Origin: Promethearchaeota archaeon
Lineage (GTDB): Archaea; Asgardarchaeota; Lokiarchaeia; Sigyniarchaeales; SOKP01
Length of the DNA stretch: 64,000 nt
NCBI GenBank assembly: GCA_048941385.1
Contig: JBHLNR010000002.1
Coordinates: 1,506-65,505, forward strand
Direction: 5' to 3'
Shown: piece after piece, positions 19,133 to 30,161 of the stretch
How the letters are laid out: every line of letters begins with the position of its first letter
Numbering within the stretch: the stretch's first letter is position 1
Notes under the pieces: model-generated
Database searches by the model: none
What the model saw: the letters and a program-made list of their open reading frames with translations, nothing else
What the model was told of the DNA's origin: nothing
Program-made: the position numbers and the translations under genes

Positions 19133-21268
19133 TTAATGAAAAAGATATTCTCGTTTACGAGATTCCCATTCAGCTTTTTTACCAGGATTATACCTATTAA
19201 CCTCACTGTAATATCCTGTAACTCTTGAATAAACTTTCACATCTCCAGAATGACATCGCGGACATGTCCATTGTCCACCACGACTCATTTTCCGACATGA
19301 TGGGCAGTATGTAAAATCTGTAGTATAAGCGAAATAGGCTGTATTTGTATTAAGACAAATATTTTTAGTAAGTTCCCATAAACCCATAATGTCTGGATTT
19401 TGTTCTCCAAGCCAAATGTGAGTAATAACTCCTCCATTTACGATAGGATGATAATCTGCTTGTAATTGTATTCTTTTTGTTAAAGATATATCTGCATCAT
19501 AACGAATGTGATCAGAATTAGTATAATATACAGAATTTCCAGATGATTGAAGAATCGCTTTTTTTGGAAAATGTTTGAGATCTAGTCGTGCTAATCTACC
19601 AGAAGTCGATTCTGCGGGTTGTTGCCAAAGCGAATAATATTTTTTATCTCTTTCTGTCATACTGTTACACTTAGCAACCATATAACTTAATACTTTTTTT
19701 CCTAAATTATATGAAGTCTCATTTTCGTGTAGTTCATACCCGGTTAAACTTTTTACAGCCTCATTTAATCCAGTATATCCTATTGAGAGATTTTGATCAT
19801 TAATATTAAAAATTGGTTTTCCCTTTATTTTACCACTACATAGGGGTAAGTGACCGGTTTTTAGCCGTTTCTCTATTAAACTCCACTTTTTTCTCAGAAT
19901 CTGTGCTGATAGTTCCATTTTTTTTTCTAAAATTGTAAAGTAGTCATCTTCATTTTTAGATAGATAAGCATATCTAGGTAAATTTAAACTAACACTTTGT
20001 AGTGAACCAATTGTGACATAATTTTCCCACACATTAGCGCTTTTTCTTTTATCTGGATCAAGGATACATTGTTCAATTATTTGATTTCCACTTAAAAATT
20101 TTCTACAACATTGGCTATGGATTTCATCTGGCATCCAATCAGGACACATATTTAAAAAATATGGAGTACCCATTGTTGCTACTTCTTCTATTAATTTTAA
20201 ATAGGATGGTTCAAAATCTTTTAGCCATTCTTTCTTAATCTTTATTTCATGTTTTGGGAAAGCAAAGAGTTTTCCATTATGATCACCTTGAATGTATACA
20301 TCAGTTAGAGCATCAAAAAGTTTAAGGCACTCTTCTTTGTAATCTCCATAAGTTCCTAATGTTTTTCCATGTGGTCCAACTGCGTGAATATCACATAAGC
20401 CATCAGGCACAGTTGGGGTACATGATATAGAGGTAAATGGGACCTGTCCGCCTCTCGCGGCAAAAATTTGATTAGTTTCATAGATTAAACATTGCATTGA
20501 TTGTTCTATTTCCCTATCTGAAACCGCACGCGCATAAGGTGCCAAAAAAGTAGTTATATAGTCATATCCCTGACCACCACTAAATTCACCTTGAATGATA
20601 CCTAACCACTTAGCCAAATGTGTAACTGCGACTCGCAAACTACCTGCTGGTCCTGATTTACTGCAATGAGCCCAACTATCTACGGGGGGTAGTCCATATT
20701 CAAGAATCATTCGTGGATCCCATTCTTGACAAAAAGGACGTAAATCAAAATAGCGAAGCATATGAATATGAATATCCCCAAATAAATGAGCATGCGCTTC
20801 TTCTGAATCTAGAATACGTAATAAGGCATATTCATCAGAGATCCTATTTGCTGCCCAATGATGAATACTCTCTGGATTCATATCTTGATTTGCATTTTCA
20901 TCAACACCATATTCTAATATAGCTTCATAATCCATCAACGGCATCCCAATTCTAGTGTATATTTTCCGCTCTTCCTCAAAATGTTCTTCTGATAAGATTG
21001 AGCATACAATCTCTCTTATATGAGGGCCTGAAAGAAATTTGATTCCAGAAGAGATAATCCTTCTTACCACAAGTTCTGTGATTCTATCAGCAGATTTTTG
21101 ATCCAGACCAGTTTCCCTAATAAGGCTATTTTCAATTTTAATAGGATCAAATGGTACAACATCACCTTCAGTTCTAAAGACTTGAGGTAGTAGCTTTGTT
21201 AAGTAGTTTCTACTTACTTTTTCATTATCTTTATTACTTATAGTTTTAGGATCTGATAACAATACCAC
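19133..21268 (-). CDS. nrdD: Anaerobic (class III) ribonucleoside-triphosphate reductase
   Basis: 711 aa. It has an N-terminal ATP-cone-like region, a C-terminal CPSC...CPRC zinc site, and the RVTGYY glycyl-radical motif near the C-terminus. Confidence 0.85.
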   Translation of the reverse strand: MVLLSDPKTISNKDNEKVSRNYLTKLLPQVFRTEGDVVPFDPIKIENSLIRETGLDQKSADRITELVVRRIISSGIKFLSGPHIREIVCSILSEEHFEEERKIYTRIGMPLMDYEAILEYGVDENANQDMNPESIHHWAANRISDEYALLRILDSEEAHAHLFGDIHIHMLRYFDLRPFCQEWDPRMILEYGLPPVDSWAHCSKSGPAGSLRVAVTHLAKWLGIIQGEFSGGQGYDYITTFLAPYARAVSDREIEQSMQCLIYETNQIFAARGGQVPFTSISCTPTVPDGLCDIHAVGPHGKTLGTYGDYKEECLKLFDALTDVYIQGDHNGKLFAFPKHEIKIKKEWLKDFEPSYLKLIEEVATMGTPYFLNMCPDWMPDEIHSQCCRKFLSGNQIIEQCILDPDKRKSANVWENYVTIGSLQSVSLNLPRYAYLSKNEDDYFTILEKKMELSAQILRKKWSLIEKRLKTGHLPLCSGKIKGKPIFNINDQNLSIGYTGLNEAVKSLTGYELHENETSYNLGKKVLSYMVAKCNSMTERDKKYYSLWQQPAESTSGRLARLDLKHFPKKAILQSSGNSVYYTNSDHIRYDADISLTKRIQLQADYHPIVNGGVITHIWLGEQNPDIMGLWELTKNICLNTNTAYFAYTTDFTYCPSCRKMSRGGQWTCPRCHSGDVKVYSRVTGYYSEVNRYNPGKKAEWESRKREYLFH

Positions 21269-21695
21269 AGTATTACATCTCTTTTGTCAAATTCTAATAT
21301 TCTTCAACAATAAAGAACTATAATCTAATGAAGGTAAAAGCACAAAATTTTGTCGGTGGCGTGATCTGAAATAAGAGCATTATTAATTCTTTATTATCGT
21401 AAATATTTTACCTCTTTTGATATAAAAATTTATTTATTTCTCCAATTTAAAGTTATTTTATTAATGGTTTATGTGCAATTTCTTATCTTGTTTAGTTAAA
21501 CCCTATTAAAATTCATAATTATTTGGAGTCTAACTGATTTCTAATTTATTATCTTGGTGTTTGTTAATTTTATAAAATTATGTCGAAGAGATTGTAGTTC
21601 CTCTGAAATTCAGCATTAATAAAATACATTAAAATTAGTGTTGTTCCTATTTAAACAAAAAATTTATCAAATTCCAAAACTAAGATGAATTTATC

Positions 21696-22025
21696 ATGAT
21701 AAAAAATATTATGAGTAAAACTAATGTCCAAGCAGTTAAAGTTTTTGAAGGAGTTTATCGAAAAACCCTAATATATAATAAAAATCTTATGTTATGTCAC
21801 TTTACACTCGAAAAAGGAGCGAATATCCCCATACATACTCATATAGAACACCAAATTGGTTATATAATAAAGGGAAAATTAAAATTTCTTACAGAGGACG
21901 AAGATTTTATAGCGAATGAAGGTGATAGTTATATTTTTGATTCAAATGAAAAACATGGTGCTATGATTTTAGAAGATTCCGAAGTGATCGATGTTTTTAA
22001 TCCCGCTAGAGAGGACTATAAATGA
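21696..22025 (+). CDS. Cupin-domain protein
   Basis: 109 aa with the HTHIEHQIGYIIKGK ... GDSYIFDSNEKHG two-motif cupin pattern. Confidence 0.65.
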   Translation: MIKNIMSKTNVQAVKVFEGVYRKTLIYNKNLMLCHFTLEKGANIPIHTHIEHQIGYIIKGKLKFLTEDEDFIANEGDSYIFDSNEKHGAMILEDSEVIDVFNPAREDYK

Positions 22026-22082
22026 TAAATTAAAAAATAGCTGCATCATGTGCTATCATATAGAGCAAAAAGAAGCAAAATA

Positions 22083-22436
22083 TTACCACTGATATGCTGC
22101 TACAGCAAAAATAGCAAACATTGATAACAAGAGTTCTCCTATTAACCAATCAAACAGAACTTCTCTTTTTTTTGTCCTATCATTTTTGATCTTTGAGGCT
22201 AAACCAAAGCTCACAGCTGAATTGGTTCCAGTAAAGATTATTAGGCTGAAAGTCATAGCATTTAAATTTAAATCGATCATCTTTAAAACCGTATCAAGTA
22301 AAACCCAACCCCCCATAAAAGCACCTAAAGCGAATAAGAACATCCAACCGGAAAATTGAATGATTTTTTCAAGTTTAATATCGAATTCTGAAAGGCCCTT
22401 CTGAGGTTCTATCTTTTTTTCCCTAATTTTCGACAT
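22083..22436 (-). CDS. Small membrane protein
   Basis: 117 aa with three hydrophobic helices. Confidence 0.4.
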   Translation of the reverse strand: MSKIREKKIEPQKGLSEFDIKLEKIIQFSGWMFLFALGAFMGGWVLLDTVLKMIDLNLNAMTFSLIIFTGTNSAVSFGLASKIKNDRTKKREVLFDWLIGELLLSMFAIFAVAAYQW

Positions 22437-22523
22437 TTCTTATCAAATAAGCTTCTTTTTGAATATTAAAATTTTATAATTCTTAACCTTTATTATTTCT
22501 TATTTTTAAAAAAAGTACATCCA

Positions 22524-23012
22524 TTAAGGTCTATTTTTTAGAAAGAGAATTGCCTTAGCGATATCCCCATTGCATTCTATCAACACAGTTTCCGCTTCTT
22601 CTTTATCCACGTTTGCTTGAGCAGCCACTAACATGATATCGTTTTCTGTTATGGTTGGTTTAAGTTGTGTCTCCTCTATCAATTGGTCTTCATCAAATTT
22701 AGTTTCAGAAACAGTTGAAATGTTTTCCGAAGAAACTTCTTCTGCTTGTCCTATTATTTGATATATTTCTTGGCCTGCTTGTTTCATTAATACAACCTCA
22801 GGTTGTTCTAATACTAATGTTTTCTCTGGTCCTTCAATTATAACTCTTGTCGCATCAATTTGATCCATCTCTATGCCTTGTTGTTGCATTTTTCTGCGCA
22901 TTTGTCTAGTTCCAAATTGAGCTCCTTCTCTCTTAACTGCTGGTTGCGGTCGTTTAGGTTTATTTTTTATTTTATCTTGCATCTCTTTTGGTAGTTTTAC
23001 CAAAATCTTCAC
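22524..23012 (-). CDS. nac: Nascent polypeptide-associated complex protein (NAC domain plus C-terminal UBA)
   Basis: The RQMRRKMQQQGIEMDQIDATRVIIEG...VLEQPEVV NAC beta-barrel signature is present, with a C-terminal DIMLVAAQANVDKEEAETVLIECNGDIAKAILFL UBA-like domain. Confidence 0.75.
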   Translation of the reverse strand: MKILVKLPKEMQDKIKNKPKRPQPAVKREGAQFGTRQMRRKMQQQGIEMDQIDATRVIIEGPEKTLVLEQPEVVLMKQAGQEIYQIIGQAEEVSSENISTVSETKFDEDQLIEETQLKPTITENDIMLVAAQANVDKEEAETVLIECNGDIAKAILFLKNRP

Positions 23013-23054
23013 TTTAAAATGTGTTTTTTATGTAATTATATAATAATATGCAAA

Positions 23055-23546
23055 TTAAATTTTTGATTTATAAATTCCTTTTCGAACATTTACCGCGACC
23101 CCACTTGAAAATGACTTTACATAGGGTATAGGTAATTTCAATCTTCCAATTGCTAATAATTTATCATTTTGATTAACTACAATTACTTCATCTAATGGTC
23201 TTAAGTTCTCATCAATATCAACTACATGTTTACAGAACACATTTCTACCTTTCTCTATAAACTCCGAGATTTCATTTAAAACTACCACTCTCATCTTTGG
23301 ACTGATAAAATGTTTAATTATAAGTTTTGCAGAATAAAGGCTTAATGTAAAAAATCCATTATTAGGTCTTAAAGTAAGCATTAAATTACCAGAATGAAAA
23401 ATATATCTTATTTTATTTGTAGAGCGGGATCTTTTAAGATGAATATTCTGGATATCACTAAAAAGTATATCGGTTATCTCATTGCCAAATTGATAATCTG
23501 AAATTGCTTTAACTTGTCTTATCCCTAATAAAAAAATTTGATTCAT
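23055..23546 (-). CDS. PUA-domain RNA-binding protein
   Basis: 163 aa. The C-terminal VVVNQNDKLLAIGRLKLP....GVAVNVRKG pattern is typical of PUA domains. Confidence 0.5.
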   Translation of the reverse strand: MNQIFLLGIRQVKAISDYQFGNEITDILFSDIQNIHLKRSRSTNKIRYIFHSGNLMLTLRPNNGFFTLSLYSAKLIIKHFISPKMRVVVLNEISEFIEKGRNVFCKHVVDIDENLRPLDEVIVVNQNDKLLAIGRLKLPIPYVKSFSSGVAVNVRKGIYKSKI

Positions 23547-23616
23547 ATCTAATAGAAAAATTGGTTATACTGAAAAAAAAGCAAAGAAAAAATAAATAAT
23601 TTATATTGTATACTTT

Positions 23617-24825
23617 TTAAGAGTATAATCTAGATTCAATACATTTATCTCTAACCTTATTCATAACCTTATCGACGGCATCAATAAAATCTTTGCTGCT
23701 AATTATCTCAGCGTCCTTTCTAATAGCAAACATACCTGCTTCTGTACAGATTGCCTTTATATCCGCTCCAGTTGCACCCTCTGTTAATTGTACCAACCTA
23801 TTGAAATCTACTTTTTCTTCTATATGCAATCTTCTAGTATGAATCTTAAATATAGCTTTCCTTGCTTCATCATCAGGAATAGGAAAATCTATCATACGAT
23901 CGAATCTACCAGGTCTTAGTAAAGCAGGATCTAAAATATCAACCCTATTTGTAGCTCCAATTATTTTCACATCACCTCTTTGTTCAAAACCGTCTAATTC
24001 ACTGAGTAACTGCATTAACGTTCTTTGAACCTCTCTATCTCCGGACGTTGCTATTTTTAATCTTTGGGAACCAATTGCATCTAATTCATCAATAAATAAT
24101 ATAGTAGGAGCTTTTTCTTTTGCTAAATTAAAAATTTCTCTAACTAATCGAGCACCTTCGCCAATAAATTTTTGTACTAGTTCAGATCCAATAATTCTAA
24201 TGAAAGTTGCTTCCGTTTCATGAGCGACTGCTTTTGCTAATAATGTTTTACCTGTACCTGGAGGTCCAAATAATAACACACCTTTAGGAGGTTCGATTCC
24301 TATTTTTTCGAATAACTGAGGTTTCTTTAATGGTAATTCAACAGTTTCTCTAACTTCTTGTAGTTGTTCTTCTAATCCTCCAACGTCAACATAAGAAATA
24401 TCAGGAATTGAATCAATTACTTCCATTCCTTTTACAAATGGGTCTAATTTTGTTGGCAAAACTTCCATTATTGCGAATGTTCTCTGATTTAGGGCAACTC
24501 TCATTCCAGGTACTAATTTTTCATTCTTTACTTTTCTACTTGCATTAACAACAAAACTTGGGCCTGTAGAGCTCTTTACAATGGCCCTTCCTTTATCATC
24601 TATGAAATCTATAATTGTTGCAGAGACTAATGGTGGTTCTCTTAGTCTATCAATTTCATTTCTTAAGCTGTGTAGTTCTTGTTCTAATCTTAATCTCTCT
24701 GCATCTAATAATTGCTTTTCTGTTTCTAGATTTCTTAATCTTTTCTCGAGATGTCTAGTATAAGTTATCAGATATTCGCCATCTTTAGTTTCTTCTCTCT
24801 TTCTCTTATCCTTAGTCGTCGTCAA
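23617..24825 (-). CDS. pan: Proteasome-activating nucleotidase (AAA+ ATPase)
   Basis: N-terminal coiled coil, OB region, Walker A GPPGTGKT, Walker B ILFIDELD, second region of homology, and a C-terminal hydrophobic-Tyr-X-like tail (RLYS). Confidence 0.9.
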   Translation of the reverse strand: MTTTKDKRKREETKDGEYLITYTRHLEKRLRNLETEKQLLDAERLRLEQELHSLRNEIDRLREPPLVSATIIDFIDDKGRAIVKSSTGPSFVVNASRKVKNEKLVPGMRVALNQRTFAIMEVLPTKLDPFVKGMEVIDSIPDISYVDVGGLEEQLQEVRETVELPLKKPQLFEKIGIEPPKGVLLFGPPGTGKTLLAKAVAHETEATFIRIIGSELVQKFIGEGARLVREIFNLAKEKAPTILFIDELDAIGSQRLKIATSGDREVQRTLMQLLSELDGFEQRGDVKIIGATNRVDILDPALLRPGRFDRMIDFPIPDDEARKAIFKIHTRRLHIEEKVDFNRLVQLTEGATGADIKAICTEAGMFAIRKDAEIISSKDFIDAVDKVMNKVRDKCIESRLYS

Positions 24826-25066
24826 AAATTATACTCCTTGTTTTCTCTAATTTCTATTATTCTTAAGAAAGTGCTTTAATTTAATAATAAACATTTATTC
24901 ATTTAAATTTAAGGTTATCACTTTATTATTACTTTAAAATCTCGTTTTTTAAAAAATTTATAGATTATAAAATATAATGGGGAAAAACCGTAAATTATAA
25001 GAGTTCTCAAATACCTTCTATATATGAAAGAGGATTCTATCAAATACTAAAACTCGAGTTGAATCA

Positions 25067-25615
25067 ATGCCAAAACCCAGTTATAATGAGTTAGATAAAG
25101 AATGCCCAATATGCGGAGGAGTTATTTGGGGAAGGGGTCAAAGAGTTTTATTAGAGGGTGCTAAAATCACTGTTTGTGATAATTGTGCGCAACATGGGAA
25201 GAAGATCTATAAACCCACCCCCAATGTTCAATACAAGAAGACAAGTCAAAAAAAACCTCAATCGACCCCAAATAAACAAAGATTAAAACCTCAGGATGTC
25301 GAAGAGTTAGAAATTGTTCTAGATTATGCCAAACGGATTAGAAATGTAAGAAATAGTCTGAAATTGAATCAGGATCAATTTGCTCAGAAATTAAATGAGA
25401 AACCATCTTTACTTAGAAGAATTGAAGCCGGAAAAGTTGAACCTACAATTAAGCTTGCCAAAAAAATACAGAAAATATATAGTATTCAGCTAATAAAGAA
25501 GCCTGATGAGACTGAATTTAATCTCCAAGAAACAAAATTTATGAAACGATCAGCTGGTAGTTCCTTAGGAGATATTGCATTTATAAAAAGAAAAAGTAAA
25601 GATTCAGAATCTTAA
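25067..25615 (+). CDS. Archaeal multiprotein bridging factor 1 (zinc ribbon plus Cro/C1-type HTH)
   Basis: CPICGG...CDNCAQHG at the N-terminus. The HTH segment is LKLNQDQFAQKLNEKPSLLRRIEAGKVEPTIKLAKKIQKIY. Confidence 0.8.
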   Translation: MPKPSYNELDKECPICGGVIWGRGQRVLLEGAKITVCDNCAQHGKKIYKPTPNVQYKKTSQKKPQSTPNKQRLKPQDVEELEIVLDYAKRIRNVRNSLKLNQDQFAQKLNEKPSLLRRIEAGKVEPTIKLAKKIQKIYSIQLIKKPDETEFNLQETKFMKRSAGSSLGDIAFIKRKSKDSES

Positions 25616-25676
25616 TCCAAAAAATTTATTAAAAATTACACTAGATTTATGAATTTGAATTTCTATAAAGGCGTCA

Positions 25677-27704
25677 TCATTTACTTTTTCTAATTTGTAT
25701 CTTTGTTGAATTATAAGCACCAGAGAGTCCAGATTCTTCAGGAATATCGGGAGTAAAAAGATTAACATTGGATTTTTTATTGTAGGGTGATGATGCTCCA
25801 GAGTAGATTAGAGCAATCCCTGATTTTAACGTTTTGAGTTCAGCTAATTTATAATTTGCAGATCCATATTCATTAGAAACTTCCAAAAAATCATTTACTT
25901 TAATATTAACTTTCTTAATATCCTCTGGGTTTAAAAATATTTTACCAAAATCATCATAATATGCAGAATTTAATTGACCTAATTGAGAGTGTAGGAAATA
26001 AGGATGAGAGGGTGAAATTAGAATGAATTCATTTAGTTTACGTTTAAGTCTCTGATTTAATTCATTTTCACCGAAACTAAAATTTATATTTTGTATCTGG
26101 ATTTTATGATTTTGAGTAGGAAAATGAAGATTACTAAAAGGAATTTGAGATTGTTCATACAATAAATAATATCCTTTAGAAATAAGGGCTTTATGTATGT
26201 TTGTTGCTAGCATCTCTAATCCTTTAATAAATATATGTTCATCAGATTCTTTACAAATCGGAGATTTATTAAAACCAATTTTATAAGCTAATTGCTGAAA
26301 AAACTCATAATTTGACATACAATCCGAATAAGGACACGGGCCACCTACATTTAATGATAAGCTTGGAATATAATATGGGGCGATAATGTCATTCACTTCT
26401 AAATCAAATTTAGCTGGTATAACGATATCAGCATAATTTGTAGTTTCATTCAAGAATAAATCCAATACTACCACAAATAAATCTTTATCTGAGAGAGCCT
26501 CTCTTAATAAATTTTGATTAGGTAAAGAACTAACTGGATTAAAATTATAGATAAAAATTAATTTATAATCCTCATTAGATAATGCATTGCCAAGATTTAT
26601 CAAAGGTATTTCTCTTAAAGGGGCGTATTTTTTAGATTGAGTGATATAATCTAAAAGTGGCTCTTCTAGAGGTTTTATAAAATCACTTTGAGAATATATT
26701 ATCCCTGTTCCCGGTTTTACAATATTGCCAAGTAAGATTTGGACTAATGCAATAGTTTGGAGGATTCTTCCGCCAAAAAAATCTTTCTGTACACCATATC
26801 CAATCATAAACAGGGTATGATGCTTGTACTCAATTAATAAATTAATGAGTTTCTGAAATGTTTTAGCTTCGATCCCAATTTTAATCAATAATTCATTTTC
26901 ATCAAAAGAATCGAATTTTGAAAAAATCGAGGAATAGGAATCTACATATTCTTTTAGAAATTCAACATCACAGACTTTTTGTTTAATAAGTTGATTTATA
27001 ATGATCTTAACTAATAGATGTTCGGTACCAGGATAAATTTGTAGAAAGCAATTAGATTTTCTCGCAATTTGAGTTTTTCGAGAATCAATTACCACTAACT
27101 TAGTTTTATTTTTTATTGCCTGCTTAACTAAAAAATACGCATGAATATTACTTTCCGAAAGGTTACTTCCCCAAATTACAATTAAATGAGTTTCTGGGTT
27201 AGTTATTTGAAATGGATTCGTTATTGAATAGGTTCCAAATATCTTTGATAATCCTTCACAACCACCTTCATTACACAATCCTCCACTGGTAATTGTAGCT
27301 CCAATCTTATTGAAAAACCTCATGGGTGAATACATAGATATCAATCCAGAATTTCCTGCATAGAATGCTCCAATAATTGAGTTTTGTTCTTCATTTTCAA
27401 TTAGATCAGTTAATTTCTTCGCAATGATATCTATTGCTTCTTGAGATGAAATAATCTTAAATTTGTTCTCTGGTTTCGATACAGTCCTAATTAATGGCTT
27501 TTTTATACGATTTGGATGATATAATAATTTTTGTCTATTTTTATATTTAGAGCAAAAAAAGCCATTGGTAAAAGGATGTTCTTTCAGAGGTTTTGTATAT
27601 AATAATTTTTGTTCTAAAGCATTATCATTCCAAATTCCTTGAAATACGCAAGATCCATAACAGTCTTTTGTACATGTTCCAAACCTGATTATTTTTTCCA
27701 TCAA
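25677..27704 (-). CDS. Molybdopterin (bis-MGD) oxidoreductase family protein
   Basis: 675 aa. N-terminal CTKDCYGSC...C Fe-S motif, followed by MopB-like blocks and a C-terminal beta-barrel-like domain. The substrate cannot be assigned. Confidence 0.7.
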   Translation of the reverse strand: MMEKIIRFGTCTKDCYGSCVFQGIWNDNALEQKLLYTKPLKEHPFTNGFFCSKYKNRQKLLYHPNRIKKPLIRTVSKPENKFKIISSQEAIDIIAKKLTDLIENEEQNSIIGAFYAGNSGLISMYSPMRFFNKIGATITSGGLCNEGGCEGLSKIFGTYSITNPFQITNPETHLIVIWGSNLSESNIHAYFLVKQAIKNKTKLVVIDSRKTQIARKSNCFLQIYPGTEHLLVKIIINQLIKQKVCDVEFLKEYVDSYSSIFSKFDSFDENELLIKIGIEAKTFQKLINLLIEYKHHTLFMIGYGVQKDFFGGRILQTIALVQILLGNIVKPGTGIIYSQSDFIKPLEEPLLDYITQSKKYAPLREIPLINLGNALSNEDYKLIFIYNFNPVSSLPNQNLLREALSDKDLFVVVLDLFLNETTNYADIVIPAKFDLEVNDIIAPYYIPSLSLNVGGPCPYSDCMSNYEFFQQLAYKIGFNKSPICKESDEHIFIKGLEMLATNIHKALISKGYYLLYEQSQIPFSNLHFPTQNHKIQIQNINFSFGENELNQRLKRKLNEFILISPSHPYFLHSQLGQLNSAYYDDFGKIFLNPEDIKKVNIKVNDFLEVSNEYGSANYKLAELKTLKSGIALIYSGASSPYNKKSNVNLFTPDIPEESGLSGAYNSTKIQIRKSK

Positions 27705-27775
27705 AAAATCCTAATTTATAATTATTTTAAAGATATTGACAGAAATACCAAATTTTGTTTTATCTAGCGAATTTT

Positions 27776-28279
27776 TCAATCAATTGAAATCTTGAAATTC
27801 TGATTTAACGCTATCTTATTTTTTAGTAATTCAATGATTTTTTGATTATCCTGAGCTTCTAAAGGATTACCACAATCAGGACACCTAAAGTTAAGTTCAA
27901 AAGCTTCATCAAAATTGTATTTAATATTAATATTCTGACAGGTCTTACAAAAGAAAAAATAATTTTTCTCTTCAAAATTTAATCTCTCTCTTAATTTACT
28001 TTCTACTAATTTTTTCTTCTCAATTAGGATTTCTTCTAATAAATCGAATTCATGCCACCAATAGTAAATAAACCATCCCGTAGATTTATCTCGTATTCGC
28101 CTGAATTGAGCTAGTTTTTCTGAATATAACTTATAAAGCGTTTTTCGTACTGTATTCAACTTTAAAATCTCAGTATCATCAGGTTCGAAGTCAATTTCCT
28201 TATCTTTAATCTCGCGCTTTATATTTTCAGTAATATCCTCATCAGTTATATCCCGAGATTCAGATTTTAGGAGTTCCAT
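27776..28279 (-). CDS. tfe: Transcription factor E (TFE-alpha / TFIIE-alpha homologue)
   Basis: A winged-helix region (LNTVRKTLYKLYSEKLAQFRRIRDKSTGWFIYYW) is followed by the zinc ribbon CKTC...CPDCG. Confidence 0.7.
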   Translation of the reverse strand: MELLKSESRDITDEDITENIKREIKDKEIDFEPDDTEILKLNTVRKTLYKLYSEKLAQFRRIRDKSTGWFIYYWWHEFDLLEEILIEKKKLVESKLRERLNFEEKNYFFFCKTCQNINIKYNFDEAFELNFRCPDCGNPLEAQDNQKIIELLKNKIALNQNFKISID

Positions 28280-28451
28280 TCCAACATAAACTCCGATATC
28301 TCCCGCAATTATATAGAGAAATGATTTTAAAAAAGGATTTAAATCTTTAATACAGCTCTACCTTGTTTAAATTTAGTATTAAGTTGATAATTAATTATTT
28401 ATTATAAGAATTAAGTTTTTTTAAAAAAATAAAAAACTTAGAACTCATAAT

Positions 28452-29237
28452 TTAAACAACAATATTATATTGCTTTTCGATAATTTCACCATCAATATCT
28501 ATCGATCGAAATAATTTGGCTTTTCTTATTGCTAATATTCTTTTTAGTCCCCAATTATCAACGTCTTCAGGTAAATCGATATTAATAATCTTATAATTGT
28601 TTGAAACAATAATATTCTTCCATTTCTCCGGAAGCTCGGATTTGAAATCAGGTAAAATAAGATCTATAATCTTTTTTAAGTTCTGTTCAGTGCTATTCAT
28701 AACACCAGTACAAAACTGTATCCTTTTATTTACATCATCTTCCTCTACCTTCTTTTTTGAAGGTTGTGGGATAGTTTTTTTAGTAGTTACCTTACACGTT
28801 GGATTTATATTAAAAGAAATTAGATAATAACTAGTTTTCCTAAAAGCTTCAATACTTTCAAGCAGCGTGTCTTTATTGGTTTTGCTTACAATATTCGCCT
28901 TATAATTCTTCGTCTGCCCCGTCGATTTTTTCAAAGTCCAATCAAAACCTAGATCAGTAATCAAATCGCTAATATCACTGCCAGATATTAGTACCCCTTT
29001 AATTTCAATTTCCTCTTGAGTAATTGTATTTGCTACAGTTTCAAGAATTACATCTTCATATTCGTGACTACCTTTTAAAGTTATTCGAGTTCCTGATCTA
29101 GTCATTTTCAGTGCTGGACCAATAAATTCTCCTTTTGAATATCTATAGAAATGACGATGAACATCTATATGTTCTACAGCAGGATCTTCTAATATTGGAG
29201 ACTCTGTTATTTTTTTTAGAAAATGCATATATATCAT
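28452..29237 (-). CDS. Hypothetical protein
   Basis: 261-aa ORF downstream of and co-directional with tfe. No motif recognised. Confidence 0.45.
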   Translation of the reverse strand: MIYMHFLKKITESPILEDPAVEHIDVHRHFYRYSKGEFIGPALKMTRSGTRITLKGSHEYEDVILETVANTITQEEIEIKGVLISGSDISDLITDLGFDWTLKKSTGQTKNYKANIVSKTNKDTLLESIEAFRKTSYYLISFNINPTCKVTTKKTIPQPSKKKVEEDDVNKRIQFCTGVMNSTEQNLKKIIDLILPDFKSELPEKWKNIIVSNNYKIINIDLPEDVDNWGLKRILAIRKAKLFRSIDIDGEIIEKQYNIVV

Positions 29238-29381
29238 ACCAAAATTTTTCTTAATAATTAAATGGATAGTATTTAATAAATATCAAAAAATCAGTATTTT
29301 AAATTTTTTTCATCAATAAATTAAAAAAAAATCCATCACAACTTACAAATACTAGTTAGAAAAAAAATAGGTCTTCTTTAA

Positions 29382-29582
29382 ATGGCACAAATTCCTTCAT
29401 TGCTATTATGGGCGTTAGCGTGGCTTTTTTTATTCATTGGATTAACTGCTTTAGCAGTTTTGGTAATCTATACACGGTATGGTAGAGAAAAATCAGTTCA
29501 ATTATCGGTAATTAGCATAATTGTCGCATCGGTATTCCTAGGATTCTCCATTCACTTCTTTTTGTTGAATTGGGGAATTTAA
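29382..29582 (+). CDS. Small two-TM membrane protein
   Basis: 66 aa with two hydrophobic helices. Confidence 0.35.
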   Translation: MAQIPSLLLWALAWLFLFIGLTALAVLVIYTRYGREKSVQLSVISIIVASVFLGFSIHFFLLNWGI

Positions 29583-29706
29583 GGTATGAATACAAGAAGC
29601 TTTAAAATCATTTTACTTATAATTTGAGAACTCAACCTTTAAAAAAGAAGAACTCTAATATTTTTATTACTATAATTTAAAAAAATACATTACATAGGTC
29701 ACAAAA

Positions 29707-30150
29707 ATGCTATTTCAAGATGCCGAACCATTTGTATTTGTGTTATGGTTAATACTTGCAACCATTATAGTAGCACTAATAATTTTTATTGTCGTTATAC
29801 TTTTAGAGTCTAAAACTAAAGCCACAGATAAAAAGTTTATGATAATAATATTAGCATTTCTAATAGTCTTAGTACTCCCAATTGTAGTAAATGCCATTAC
29901 AGCGGTTTTAGCCGCAATAGGAGACGCGTTAGCCAGTATTAGAGATACACCAAACTATCTAATATTATTAGGCCCAGTTATTGGATTTCTATTATTGCTA
30001 TTACTAACGAAATATCTAATTGATATACCTTGGGACAAAGCTGTCTGGATATCTTTACTGATACTATTTCTGTTGTATATATTATTCACCATAATACCTG
30101 AATTATATACATTCATTTATGAGTATCAATATGATTTTACTACAACCTAA
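29707..30150 (+). CDS. Membrane protein (about 4 TM)
   Basis: 147 aa, strongly hydrophobic. It ends 11 nt from the convergent rpoB stop codon. Confidence 0.45.
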   Translation: MLFQDAEPFVFVLWLILATIIVALIIFIVVILLESKTKATDKKFMIIILAFLIVLVLPIVVNAITAVLAAIGDALASIRDTPNYLILLGPVIGFLLLLLLTKYLIDIPWDKAVWISLLILFLLYILFTIIPELYTFIYEYQYDFTTT

Positions 30151-30161
30151 ATAATTTTTTT

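Noticed and set aside
21269-21695. The 427-bp gap upstream of nrdD, considered as a possible riboswitch or long structured leader.
   Set aside because: It is uniformly AT-rich with no GC-rich helices or recognisable riboswitch cores. It also serves as a divergent promoter region for the cupin gene.
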